A DNA stretch of 64,000 bases from an uncultured Gemmatimonadota bacterium (GCA_964490075.1 CAZBBK010000026.1:1-64000), one strand, 5' to 3'. Numbered from the stretch's first letter, positions 43,664-52,221 are shown. The notes: generated by a model not told the origin, from the letters alone. A program made the numbers and translations.

Positions 43664-45277
43664 TTGTCCATGCACCAAGACAGCACCATCGAGTTCCACG
43701 CAGTTCCTCTGAGCGACCGCACCACGAGGAACCTCATGCTGACCATCTTCGAAGAGCCGGAGCTCAACCGGGAGCACCTGGCCAAGCACCTGGGACAGGG
43801 CACCGCCGGTGTGGTGGTCGATTTGATGAAGAAGCACCGGGTCAGCGGGCGCTACAAGGAGTTCAACTTGCTGCCCGGCGCGTCCGACGTGCACGGCTTC
43901 GAGTGGATTCTGCTGCTCGGCCTGGGCAAGAAGACCAAGATCCGCCACCTGCACCGCCTCCACGACCGCCTGCGCTCGGTGATCGCGATCTCGGCCCGCC
44001 AGTTTCGGCGCAAGGGCCTGGGCGCCTTCGCGATCGACGACATGGCCGACTTTGGCGTCGAGCCGCGCGACTCGGGCCGGCTGGCGGTCGAGGGGGCCAC
44101 GCTCGGCACCTATCGCTTCCAGCGCTACAAGACCAAGAGCGACGAGGGCACCCCGGACGACGTTCCGGTCCATGACGTCTACCTCCTGACCGCGGAGCAC
44201 CAAGAGATCCTGGCCGACGCCATCGAGCGCGGAATCGCCCGCGCCACCAGCACCTGCATGGCCCGCGACCTGGTCAACACTCCGGCCGGCGACCTGACGC
44301 CCCACGTGTTCGCCGAAGATGCCCGCAAGCTGGCCGAGTCTAATCCCGCGCTCGACTTCGAGCTGCTCGACGCCGACGAGATGAAGAGCGAGGGGATGGG
44401 TCTGCACCTGGCGGTCGGCCAGGGGTCGGACGAGCCGCCCTGTGTCGCCCTGGTGAACTACGCGCCGAAGGGCGCGGCGAAGGGCTGGGACCTGGCGCTG
44501 GTCGGCAAGGGGATCACCTTCGACTCCGGGGGCTACAACCTCAAGCCGACCTCCGGCATGACGCGGATGTACGGAGACATGGCGGGCGCCGCCGCGGTGC
44601 TGGGAGCGATGCGGGCGATCGCCGAGCTCGGCCTCGACCTGAACGTCGCCGGGCTCATGCCGCTCTCCGAGAACCTGGTGAGCGGCAAGGCCTACAAGCC
44701 GGGCGACATCCTGCGCTCCCATCACGGGCGCACGGTCGAGATCACCAACACCGACGCCGAGGGGCGGTTGCTGCTGGCCGATTCGCTGAGCTATGCCTGC
44801 CAGCGCTACAAGCCCTCCTACGTGGTCGACATCGCCACCCTCACGGGGGCGATCGTGATCGCGCTGGGGCATTTCGTCTCGGGACTGTTCACCCACGCCA
44901 ACGAGACCGAAGAGGACGATGCCTTCGCCGGAAAGCTCTTTGCGTCCGGCCGCGAGGCGGGCGAATGGCTCTGGCGGATGCCGATCGACGACGACTACAA
45001 GGTCCAGATCGCCAGCGACGTGGCCGACATGGCCAACTGCAGCACCGACCGCGCCGCCGGCGCCGGAGCGATCACCGCGGCGGTGTTCCTCAAGGAGTTC
45101 GTCGACTTCGACACGGTGAAGGCCTGGGCCCACCTCGACATCGCCAGCTCCGCACTCATGGAGCGCGCGCTGATCTACAACAAGAGCCCCTACCAACCGC
45201 GCGAAGGAGCCACCGGTGTGGGCGTGCGCCTGCTGGCCTCGCTCGCGGAACGGCTGGGAGGATCGTCCCGCGGGTGA
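43664..45277 (+). CDS. pepA: Cytosol leucyl aminopeptidase (M17)
   Basis: VGKGITFDSGG, DMAGAAAV, NTDAEGRL, DIATLTGA and WAHLDIA. Confidence 0.95.
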   Translation: MSMHQDSTIEFHAVPLSDRTTRNLMLTIFEEPELNREHLAKHLGQGTAGVVVDLMKKHRVSGRYKEFNLLPGASDVHGFEWILLLGLGKKTKIRHLHRLHDRLRSVIAISARQFRRKGLGAFAIDDMADFGVEPRDSGRLAVEGATLGTYRFQRYKTKSDEGTPDDVPVHDVYLLTAEHQEILADAIERGIARATSTCMARDLVNTPAGDLTPHVFAEDARKLAESNPALDFELLDADEMKSEGMGLHLAVGQGSDEPPCVALVNYAPKGAAKGWDLALVGKGITFDSGGYNLKPTSGMTRMYGDMAGAAAVLGAMRAIAELGLDLNVAGLMPLSENLVSGKAYKPGDILRSHHGRTVEITNTDAEGRLLLADSLSYACQRYKPSYVVDIATLTGAIVIALGHFVSGLFTHANETEEDDAFAGKLFASGREAGEWLWRMPIDDDYKVQIASDVADMANCSTDRAAGAGAITAAVFLKEFVDFDTVKAWAHLDIASSALMERALIYNKSPYQPREGATGVGVRLLASLAERLGGSSRG

Positions 45278-45284
45278 TCCTCGC

Positions 45285-45428
45285 TCAGAGCAGCGTGCCC
45301 AAGAGTGCGAAGAGGGCCACCCAGCAGGCTCCTCCGAGCACGACGCTGATCAGGATGCCCAGGAAGGGCTGCGTGCGCTCGTGGGTTCGAGCCTCGGTGG
45401 CGGCGGATTGCTGAATCGTGGCGATCAT
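45285..45428 (-). CDS. 47-aa single-TM small protein (below the ORF-track cutoff)
   Basis: RBS GGGAGG, then MIATIQQSAATEARTHERTQPFLGILISVVLGGACWVALFALLGTLL*. Confidence 0.5.
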   Translation of the reverse strand: MIATIQQSAATEARTHERTQPFLGILISVVLGGACWVALFALLGTLL

Positions 45429-45614
45429 GCGCTCCCTCCCGGGGAGAAAGCTGGCCTCACCCTGGAGAAGTCAACCATGCTCATCCGTCCGATGACCATG
45501 AGCTTGGTTGCGTTACATCCGAAATGAGTTGCACCGGTTCGGATTTCGGAGCCTGTCGACGCGCCCCTTCAAACGGGCTTAGCATGGTGTGCAACCCCTC
45601 GATGGAGCACCCAT

Positions 45615-46643
45615 ATGCTCGCAGTTCGGCCTTCGCAAGGAGAGCTCTCGCGCCACCTCTCGCTGGTGGCTGACATGTGCATCCACTTCGGAGTCCCGGT
45701 AAACGCTGTGCTCGCGGAGCTGCGGCGTCAGCTCGGGATGCAGATCGATGCCCGCGAAGGGCTGTCGATCGCAGAGGCGTCTCGGCTCTGCGACGTGTCG
45801 AAGAAGACGATCTCCAACTGGCTGCGGGATGCTCGCGTGAAGAGCCCCGATCGTGGGGACATGGTCTTCTCGAAGCTCGAGTTTCTGGGGCAAGTCTGCG
45901 ATTTCTGCCGCGACCACCCCAGGGCGATCAACGAGATCCAATGTCGCGCCGACGAGGCCGGCTGGCGTTTCGGCTCGGAAGCCCGCGAGCTACGCCGGAT
46001 CCTGGCGGAGCTGGTGGAGGTGGGGGCTCTGTTGCGGGACGGCCGCGGGCGCTACCGGGCCGCATTGGGGCTGAACGACGCCGGCAACATCCGCTGGACT
46101 CCTCCGGACGATCTGGAGCGCTATCGCCAGCAGGCCGGTCTGCTGACCCTGGCCAGCTCGAAGGAGAGCCCGATCCCGCGCATCCACCGGTTCCGGACCA
46201 CCTTGCACTTCCAGGTGGCCGATGTGGAAGGGGCGATCGCCGGGGTGCGCGAGCACCTCGTCGACGAGATGGTCGGCGATCTGCGGAGCTGGAACACCGG
46301 GCGGAGGGGCCCCGAGGGGGCGCGCACGTTGGGCATCCTGGTCGCGGCGGCGCCCACGATCCCGCCCAGCCTGAACTCGATGCTGGCCGACCAGGAGCGC
46401 ATGAACCTGCTCAATTCGGCATGCGAGGCGACTTCTCCCTTCCCGCGCTCGCAGCGCTCCATCCGGGTGCTCTACGCCCGCTTCCGCGACCTGAGCTCCG
46501 GCGTGCTCTACGCCCGCGAGCGCCTGGTCGACGTGGTGAGTCGGCGCTTGTCCGGCTCGGTCGACGAGGAAGGAGAGGACTGGCTCGGGGTGACGATCGC
46601 CGCAGTGCCGATCGAGAGCCCCACACAGGAGAACGGATCATGA
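45615..46643 (+). CDS. HTH + winged-helix protein (DUF6502-like) with a duplicated C-terminal domain
   Basis: SIAEASRLCDVSKKTISNWL HTH, RRILAELVEVGAL..GRYRA wHTH, and two similar C-terminal units. Confidence 0.7.
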   Translation: MLAVRPSQGELSRHLSLVADMCIHFGVPVNAVLAELRRQLGMQIDAREGLSIAEASRLCDVSKKTISNWLRDARVKSPDRGDMVFSKLEFLGQVCDFCRDHPRAINEIQCRADEAGWRFGSEARELRRILAELVEVGALLRDGRGRYRAALGLNDAGNIRWTPPDDLERYRQQAGLLTLASSKESPIPRIHRFRTTLHFQVADVEGAIAGVREHLVDEMVGDLRSWNTGRRGPEGARTLGILVAAAPTIPPSLNSMLADQERMNLLNSACEATSPFPRSQRSIRVLYARFRDLSSGVLYARERLVDVVSRRLSGSVDEEGEDWLGVTIAAVPIESPTQENGS

Positions 46644-46945
46644 TCTCGCGCAGACTTCTCAAGTGGACGTCGTTTTCGGCCGCGTGGATCATCACCAGCG
46701 CAAGCGCCTTCGCCTACTCGCCTCCGCAGCGCGGTGGCGCGAAGGATGGCGATCCGATCATCGGCGACGGGGACGTTCTGGAGATCGTCATCGACGATGT
46801 CGACATCGAGCCGCGGCCGACCTGCCGCCCCGGCTACACGGACTTCCCGAGCGACAAGCAGCATCCCAAGAACGATGGCTTCGACCCCTGGCTGAGCTCT
46901 ATCCTGAGCTGGCTGGGCTACGGCGCCCGGCACGTGCAGCAGTAG
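46640..46945 (+). CDS. Small secreted hypothetical protein
   Basis: ATGA overlap with the upstream gene, RBS AGGAG, and signal peptide MISRRLLKWTSFSAAWIITSASAFA. Confidence 0.6.
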   Translation: MISRRLLKWTSFSAAWIITSASAFAYSPPQRGGAKDGDPIIGDGDVLEIVIDDVDIEPRPTCRPGYTDFPSDKQHPKNDGFDPWLSSILSWLGYGARHVQQ

Positions 46946-46971
46946 GATCCAGCACGACGGGCACGATACCG

Positions 46972-47421
46972 ATGCCAGAATCGAACCTGGGCTCCGGTCC
47001 ACCCGAGCACAACGCAAGCCCCGACCAGATCCGCGCGCTTCTGAGGCGCCACCGCGTGGTCGCGGTGGTCGGACTCTCGACCGATCCGAGCAAGGCCAGC
47101 CACCGGGTGGCGGCCTACCTGCAATCGGCGGGCTACCGAATCGTCCCGATCCATCCCAAGGCGACCGAGATCCTCGGGGAGCGGGTCTACGCCGGTCTGC
47201 GCGAGGTGCCGGCCGAGCTGGGGGTCGAGATCGTCGATCTATTCCGGCCGCCGCCGGCGGTGCCTCCTCATATCGACGAGGCGATCGAGATCGGCGCCCA
47301 GGTGGTCTGGCTGCAAGAGGGGATCGTCCACGACGAGGCGGCTCAGAAGGCGCTCGATGCCGGACTGATGGTGGTGCAGGACCGCTGCATGCTCAAGGAG
47401 CATGCGCGTTTGGTGGGTTAG
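46972..47421 (+). CDS. CoA-binding protein (YccU-like)
   Basis: VAVVGLS, GYRIVPIHP, VDLFR, WLQEGI and VVQDRC. Confidence 0.92.
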   Translation: MPESNLGSGPPEHNASPDQIRALLRRHRVVAVVGLSTDPSKASHRVAAYLQSAGYRIVPIHPKATEILGERVYAGLREVPAELGVEIVDLFRPPPAVPPHIDEAIEIGAQVVWLQEGIVHDEAAQKALDAGLMVVQDRCMLKEHARLVG

Positions 47422-47453
47422 CTCTGGCGCGGTAGAGCGGTATTCGACCCAAC

Positions 47454-47480
47454 TGGATTCCGGCTTTCGCCGGAATGACG
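47454..47480. repeat. 27-bp palindromic REP/RS3-like element, left copy
   Basis: TGGATTCCGGCTTTCGCCGGAATGACG, identical to 48792-48818. Confidence 0.9.
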
Positions 47481-47502
47481 AGCGGGGTCGCGCGGGTCCT
47501 GG

Positions 47503-48330
47503 TTACCGGAAGAGCTGCCCACCGGAGCGGCGGCCGATGGGGTCGCTGACGATGAGTCCGCCTGCCCATTTCCCACCGAGCCGTTGGTAGCGGAACTGGA
47601 GGTTCCTCAGCGGTGCGCCGAACCTCGTCTTGAGCCGTGAGTAGTCCCTCGTCGTATGCACGTTGTTGACGTGCCCCTTGCTGTACGACTCCACGGCCAG
47701 AGGGAAAGCCACGGCGGAGGCGAGCAGGTCCGAGATCTGGAGGCCGACGTGATTGTCGCTGTGCCCAAAGGTCGGCATCTCCAGGATTCGGTCGAAGGGG
47801 TCGCCCCCGCTGCGGAACTTTTGCGTGAAGATGCTGTGGGAGACCTTGGCGTTCTGCCTCTTCCGGCGGCTATCGGCGACCACGAATCCTGTCTCTTCCA
47901 GGGCGTGGAGTTGGGCCTGAAACGTCTCGCAGATGGCCTGGATGGAGTAAGTGTAGATCGCCGTTGGATCGATGGCGGCTCCGGGGTCCTTGATCCAGAC
48001 CCGCCCGAACACGGCAGCGTCGTGGTTGTTCAGCAGCCGGAACACCTCGCCCAGGAACTGGAGGGCTGGTCGCCACTGGCGTCGGCCTCGGCGGGCGGCG
48101 TCACGTCGGATGTCGGAGCCCTTGACCTCCGGCAGCACGAGGTCGAGGAAGCCGCCGGTGTAGAGGGCCGGGAAGAACCTCCGCTTCAAGCGGAGGAAGT
48201 CGGTCGTCAGCGCATTCACTCCACACTGAGGGATGCTCAGCCCGACGACCGCCAGGACGAGCTGGATGTTCGTCGTCGGTGTGGGCAGCGTGCCGGGGCA
48301 TCCTGCCTCATCGACGTAGCAGACTCGCAC
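47503..48330 (-). CDS. DUF3800-family (RNase H-like fold) protein
   Basis: GTG start after GGAG. N-terminal CYVDEAG, EVKG, and C-terminal SDNHVGLQISDLLAS, the typical DUF3800 acidic motifs. Confidence 0.85.
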   Translation of the reverse strand: MRVCYVDEAGCPGTLPTPTTNIQLVLAVVGLSIPQCGVNALTTDFLRLKRRFFPALYTGGFLDLVLPEVKGSDIRRDAARRGRRQWRPALQFLGEVFRLLNNHDAAVFGRVWIKDPGAAIDPTAIYTYSIQAICETFQAQLHALEETGFVVADSRRKRQNAKVSHSIFTQKFRSGGDPFDRILEMPTFGHSDNHVGLQISDLLASAVAFPLAVESYSKGHVNNVHTTRDYSRLKTRFGAPLRNLQFRYQRLGGKWAGGLIVSDPIGRRSGGQLFR

Positions 48331-48342
48331 TGGCGGGCTCCA

Positions 48343-48425
48343 GAAACAACTACGGCCACCCGAGGGTGGCCGTAGGACCTGCCGCCGGGGCACCAAGGTG
48401 CCCAGTTCGACATTAGCTTAGTGCT
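48343..48425 (-). ncRNA. Candidate ~80-nt structured RNA upstream of DUF3800, ending in an intrinsic terminator
   Basis: Minus strand has a UGUCG..GGGCACC-UU-GGUGCCC..CGGCA hairpin, then CUACGGCCACC-CUCG-GGUGGCCGUAG followed by UUGUUUCU. Confidence 0.55.
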
Positions 48426-48431
48426 ATCCCG

Positions 48432-48460
48432 AGGATATGGTCCGCGACCTTCGTGGTCAA
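48432..48460 (-). promoter_or_regulatory. Sigma70-like promoter for the RNA/DUF3800 unit
   Basis: TTGACC (48460-48455), 17-nt spacer, TATCCT (48437-48432). Confidence 0.65.
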
Positions 48461-48614
48461 CACCTGCCTGGCGGGGTCCAGAGCCTCCGCTTCTGCACCC
48501 AGTCGCCCCGGCTCACTCCGGACGCACGTGCGCCCGTCGACCTGAGTGGGGCCGGCGGGCGCACGCCCGATTCTGGCAAAGTAGAACCAGGCGCTCCGGC
48601 GGCCATTCCGAGCG

Positions 48615-48732
48615 ACTGAGCCGCATCAGGAGGGCATGGGGTCCTCCACGCGGTCAATTCGCGGGCCTGAGCTGGCTCAGGCAGTGGTCTTGGCCGCATT
48701 TTGGTCGCTTTTCGCGCCTGAGCTCACTCAGG
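48615..48732. repeat. Three 16-nt imperfect palindromes at an exact 51-nt period
   Basis: ACTGAGCCGCATCAGG (48615), CCTGAGCTGGCTCAGG (48666) and CCTGAGCTCACTCAGG (48717), with 35-nt spacers. Confidence 0.6.
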
Positions 48733-48791
48733 GGCCGGGCGTGGCGTGGGGCGCGGAGTCGGCCCTCGCGGATCGAGCCGATCGGCAGGCG

Positions 48792-48818
48792 TGGATTCCG
48801 GCTTTCGCCGGAATGACG
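48792..48818. repeat. 27-bp palindromic REP/RS3-like element, right copy
   Basis: Identical to 47454-47480 and in the same orientation. A partial extra copy, CGGAATGACGG, lies at ~48832-48842. Confidence 0.9.
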
Positions 48819-48851
48819 GAGGGGGGCGGGTCGGAATGACGGGGGAGGTGG

Positions 48852-49424
48852 CTAGATCGCCGCGGGCCTCCGCGCCAGCAGGTGGGCCTCGTGGCGGCCC
48901 TTGCCGGTCCAGGCCTCGCGGTGGTGCTCGATCTCGAGGCCGCGGCAGAGCTCCAGGATCTCGTTCGGCTCCAGCAGGAAGGGGCGCGGCGGGCGCGGAT
49001 GGCGCTCCAGGTTGCGCACGGTCGGCTGCGACACGATCAGCATGCCCCCAGGGGCGAGCTCGGCGCGGTAGCGGGGGAAGATGGCGCGGGTGAGGAAGTT
49101 GATGTTGAGCACCACGGCCCACGGTCCGGCGGGGAAGGGCTCCCGCTCGAGGTCGATGCGCAGGGTGTCGATCTCGGTTCCGGCTCGCCGCGCCAGCTCG
49201 TGAGCCCGTTCCAGCGCCACCCGCGATAGATCGGCGACCGTGACGCGAAGGCCGCGCCGCGCCAGGAGGATTCCGTTGCGCCCGGCGCCGCCGCCGACAT
49301 CGAGTACGCGCCCCTCGCGCGGGAGACGAGTCTGCAGCGAAAGCAGGAAAGGGGAGGGGCGATCGCCGCCGAATCGCTCGCGGCGATGGCGCTCGTCCCA
49401 TTTCTCTTCCAGCGGGGTGGACAT
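48852..49424 (-). CDS. Class I SAM-dependent methyltransferase (TehB-like)
   Basis: RVLDVGGGAGRNGILLARRG.RVTVADLS and LAPGGMLI. Confidence 0.88.
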   Translation of the reverse strand: MSTPLEEKWDERHRRERFGGDRPSPFLLSLQTRLPREGRVLDVGGGAGRNGILLARRGLRVTVADLSRVALERAHELARRAGTEIDTLRIDLEREPFPAGPWAVVLNINFLTRAIFPRYRAELAPGGMLIVSQPTVRNLERHPRPPRPFLLEPNEILELCRGLEIEHHREAWTGKGRHEAHLLARRPAAI

Positions 49425-49545
49425 GCTCTCGATTGTACTTCGCTTCGCGCCCGCGCTGCCTCAGGAGCAAGACTCGCGCACGCGCGGGAGTTACCATGAG
49501 GGCACGGGGGCAGGCCTGCGCCGGACCATCAGCCGGAGGCTGCCA

Positions 49546-50277
49546 GTGATCGTGCACGGCGAACGATGGGGGGTGGCGATAGCGCTGATCGCCATCCTTG
49601 GAGCATGCGGGCGGCCCGGGGCCGTGGGCGAGAGCCCGGTCGATCGGGCGGCCGAACGGATGCGCATGGTGAACTCACAGATCGAGTCCCGCGGCGTTCA
49701 GGATCCGCGTGTGCTGCGCGCCATGCGCGAGGTGCCGCGCCACGCCTTCGTGCCGCCGGACCAGAAGCGCCATGCCTACGACGATCGGCCGCTCAGGATC
49801 GGCCACGGTCAGACCATCTCGCAGCCCTTCATCGTCGGCTTCATGACCGCGGCGCTGGAGCTGGACGGCACCGAGAAGGTGCTGGAGATCGGCACCGGGT
49901 CGGGCTACCAGGCCGCGGTGCTGGCCGAGGTGGCGGGCGAGGTGTTCACGATCGAGATCGTCGAGCCGCTGGCGCGGCGGGCGGCGGTGGTGCTCGATTC
50001 ACTCGGCTACGAGCGGGTGCGGGTCCGGGTCGGGGATGGCTACCGCGGCTGGCCCGAACAGGCGCCCTTCGACGCCATCATGGTCACCGCGGCGCCCAGC
50101 CACATTCCCGAGCCCCTGCTCGACCAGCTCGCCATGGGGGGGCTCTTGATTCTGCCGGTCGGCGGTGCGGCGCAGGACCTGGTGCGGGTGCGCAAGACCG
50201 AGGCCGGGCTGATGCGCGAGAAGGTGCTGCCGGTGCGCTTCGTGCCGATGACCGGCGAGGCGCGGGGGGAATCCTGA
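49546..50277 (+). CDS. pcm: Protein-L-isoaspartate O-methyltransferase
   Basis: VPRHAFV, GQTISQP, VLEIGTGSGYQAA, APFDAIMVTAA and VRFVPM. GTG start after GGAGG. Confidence 0.93.
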   Translation: MIVHGERWGVAIALIAILGACGRPGAVGESPVDRAAERMRMVNSQIESRGVQDPRVLRAMREVPRHAFVPPDQKRHAYDDRPLRIGHGQTISQPFIVGFMTAALELDGTEKVLEIGTGSGYQAAVLAEVAGEVFTIEIVEPLARRAAVVLDSLGYERVRVRVGDGYRGWPEQAPFDAIMVTAAPSHIPEPLLDQLAMGGLLILPVGGAAQDLVRVRKTEAGLMREKVLPVRFVPMTGEARGES

Positions 50278-50292
50278 CCGGCCGGACCTGAA

Positions 50293-51954
50293 TCAGGCGG
50301 CGCTCTCTTTGGGCTTCGGCTCGAGCGGGTCGATCACCATCCGCACGTCGGGGTTGCGGGCCTTGCGCAGCACCCGGACCTTCTTCTCGACCGGGGAGAG
50401 GTCGAGCGCGATGCCGTGGGAGGCCAGCTCGCCGCCCAGCTTGTACTCGATCTGGCGCAGGCGCCGGTAGGTGCTGCGGTAGGCTTCGCAGACGATCGGA
50501 TGCAGGTTCTGGCCGATGAAGGGGTTCTGGCTCATCAGGCGGCGCATGCGGTTGCTGGGCACGAAGGTGTAGGCGCGGACCTGGGGATTGCGCCGCAGCA
50601 GCTCGTCGCGGATCTGTGAGAATCGTGTATAGGCGAGGGTTTTCAGGTCCTGCTCGACGAGCCAGATGTTGCCGTGGCGGGCGTTGAAGCCGGGGACCGA
50701 CGAGACCTGCGGCAGGAAGGGATCGATGACGAAGATCAGGTCGGCGCCCTTGCTGATCGCGGCCTTGAGGTTGCTGGTGCGGGTCACGATGCCGTCGGTG
50801 TAGTAGCGCCCTTCGACTTCGACGCTGCGGAAGAAGGGATGGGCGGCGGAGCTGGCCTGCACGGCCTGGCTGATCGGGACGTGGGTCTGATCGCCGTCGC
50901 CGAAGAGGACGTGGGTGCGCTGGTCCTGGTCGGTGGCGCCGACGTAGAGCTCGCAGTCGAGCTCGGCGAAGCTGTTGGTGCAGCCGGGGCGGGTGAACAT
51001 CGCGCGCAGGAACTCTTCGAGCTCGGAGTTGTCGAACATCGGCCCCAGGGCGCGCTCGTAGGACCACAGGGCGGAGAACATGCTGAGATCGGCCTGGCCC
51101 TTGACGGCTTCCACCAGGTAGCTGGCGAAGTCCTGGTGGGCCATGAGGATGCGCTTGGGCAGCTCGGCGTAGTTCAGGTTGCGCCAGCCGAGGTGCAGGC
51201 GCTTGGGCCAGTCGTTGCGCACGCCGGCCACGTTGGCGATCATGTCGTCGATGTCGTAGCCGTTGGCCAGGAATCCGGTGACGATGGCTCCGGCGCTGAT
51301 GCCGAAATACATGTCGAAATCGCCGATGTCGACGTCGCAGGCGTCGTCGAGGCATTTGAGAACGCCGAGCTCGTAGTAGATGCCGGTGATGCCTCCGCCG
51401 GCCGCGGCGATCGCCTTCTTGCCGCTGCGCTTTTTGACCAGGCGCTGATCGCAGAAGCGCCAGAAGCGCTCCACGAAGTCGCGTCGCGCCTCCGCGGCGT
51501 GCTCGCCGACCAGCCGCGGCGAGAGCGAGAGATCGCGCAGGCAGCCGCCGACGTGACGCTCGCCCATGTTGAAGATCAGGCGATCGACGCGGGCCTCGTC
51601 GGCGTCGCCCACCAGGACCGCCACACGGGAGAAGGGGTAGGCCTTCTCGATCGACTCCTCGGCGGCGAGGGCATCGAGCAGCTCGTGCAGCGCGCCCTCC
51701 TGGCTCTGGGCATCGGACTCGTCGTGCGGCAGATGGCGGCAGTCGACGATGATCAGGTTGTAGTAGCGGACCGCCAGGCGCTCAAGCGCCTCTTCGACCG
51801 TCACCGCGAGATCGAAGCCGAGCGCCAATCCACGTCCGGTGAGCCGGCAGGGATCCTTGGACTTGATCCAGGGGAGCTGCTGCGCCGACTCGCAGAAATC
51901 GACGAAGTTGTGGTGGATGGGAGAGAAGAAGAGCGCGAATTTGCGTGCCTGCAC
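50293..51954 (-). CDS. Patatin-like phospholipase with an N-terminal receiver-like extension
   Basis: GGGITG, GISAG (GxSxG), ASSA and YTDG. Confidence 0.88.
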   Translation of the reverse strand: MQARKFALFFSPIHHNFVDFCESAQQLPWIKSKDPCRLTGRGLALGFDLAVTVEEALERLAVRYYNLIIVDCRHLPHDESDAQSQEGALHELLDALAAEESIEKAYPFSRVAVLVGDADEARVDRLIFNMGERHVGGCLRDLSLSPRLVGEHAAEARRDFVERFWRFCDQRLVKKRSGKKAIAAAGGGITGIYYELGVLKCLDDACDVDIGDFDMYFGISAGAIVTGFLANGYDIDDMIANVAGVRNDWPKRLHLGWRNLNYAELPKRILMAHQDFASYLVEAVKGQADLSMFSALWSYERALGPMFDNSELEEFLRAMFTRPGCTNSFAELDCELYVGATDQDQRTHVLFGDGDQTHVPISQAVQASSAAHPFFRSVEVEGRYYTDGIVTRTSNLKAAISKGADLIFVIDPFLPQVSSVPGFNARHGNIWLVEQDLKTLAYTRFSQIRDELLRRNPQVRAYTFVPSNRMRRLMSQNPFIGQNLHPIVCEAYRSTYRRLRQIEYKLGGELASHGIALDLSPVEKKVRVLRKARNPDVRMVIDPLEPKPKESAA

Positions 51955-52221
51955 GGCATGACCCTCCGCCCGCGAAGGGCATGACGACCGCTCACCTACC
52001 CTAGCAATATGGCCGCGCGGCGGGTCCGGGAAAAGCGGGACGGGGGGCGGGCGTCGCGCGGGCTCGGGGTTGGGCGCGGGGAAATCGTGGCTGGGGGCGC
52101 GCGTCTTGACGGGCCCCGGGCCAGCAGGGATGATTTGGCGGCGATAGAGGGCCCTGCTACGAGCGGTCTCGGGGCTCTCCGGGACCTGCCTTGCGCGGGA
52201 CGCGTTTCCCCCCGGTGTTCG

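Noticed and set aside
48615-48732. CRISPR array interpretation of the 51-nt-period repeats
   Set aside because: The repeats are only 16 nt, non-identical and three in number, and no cas genes are in the window. Kept only as an unclassified repeat.
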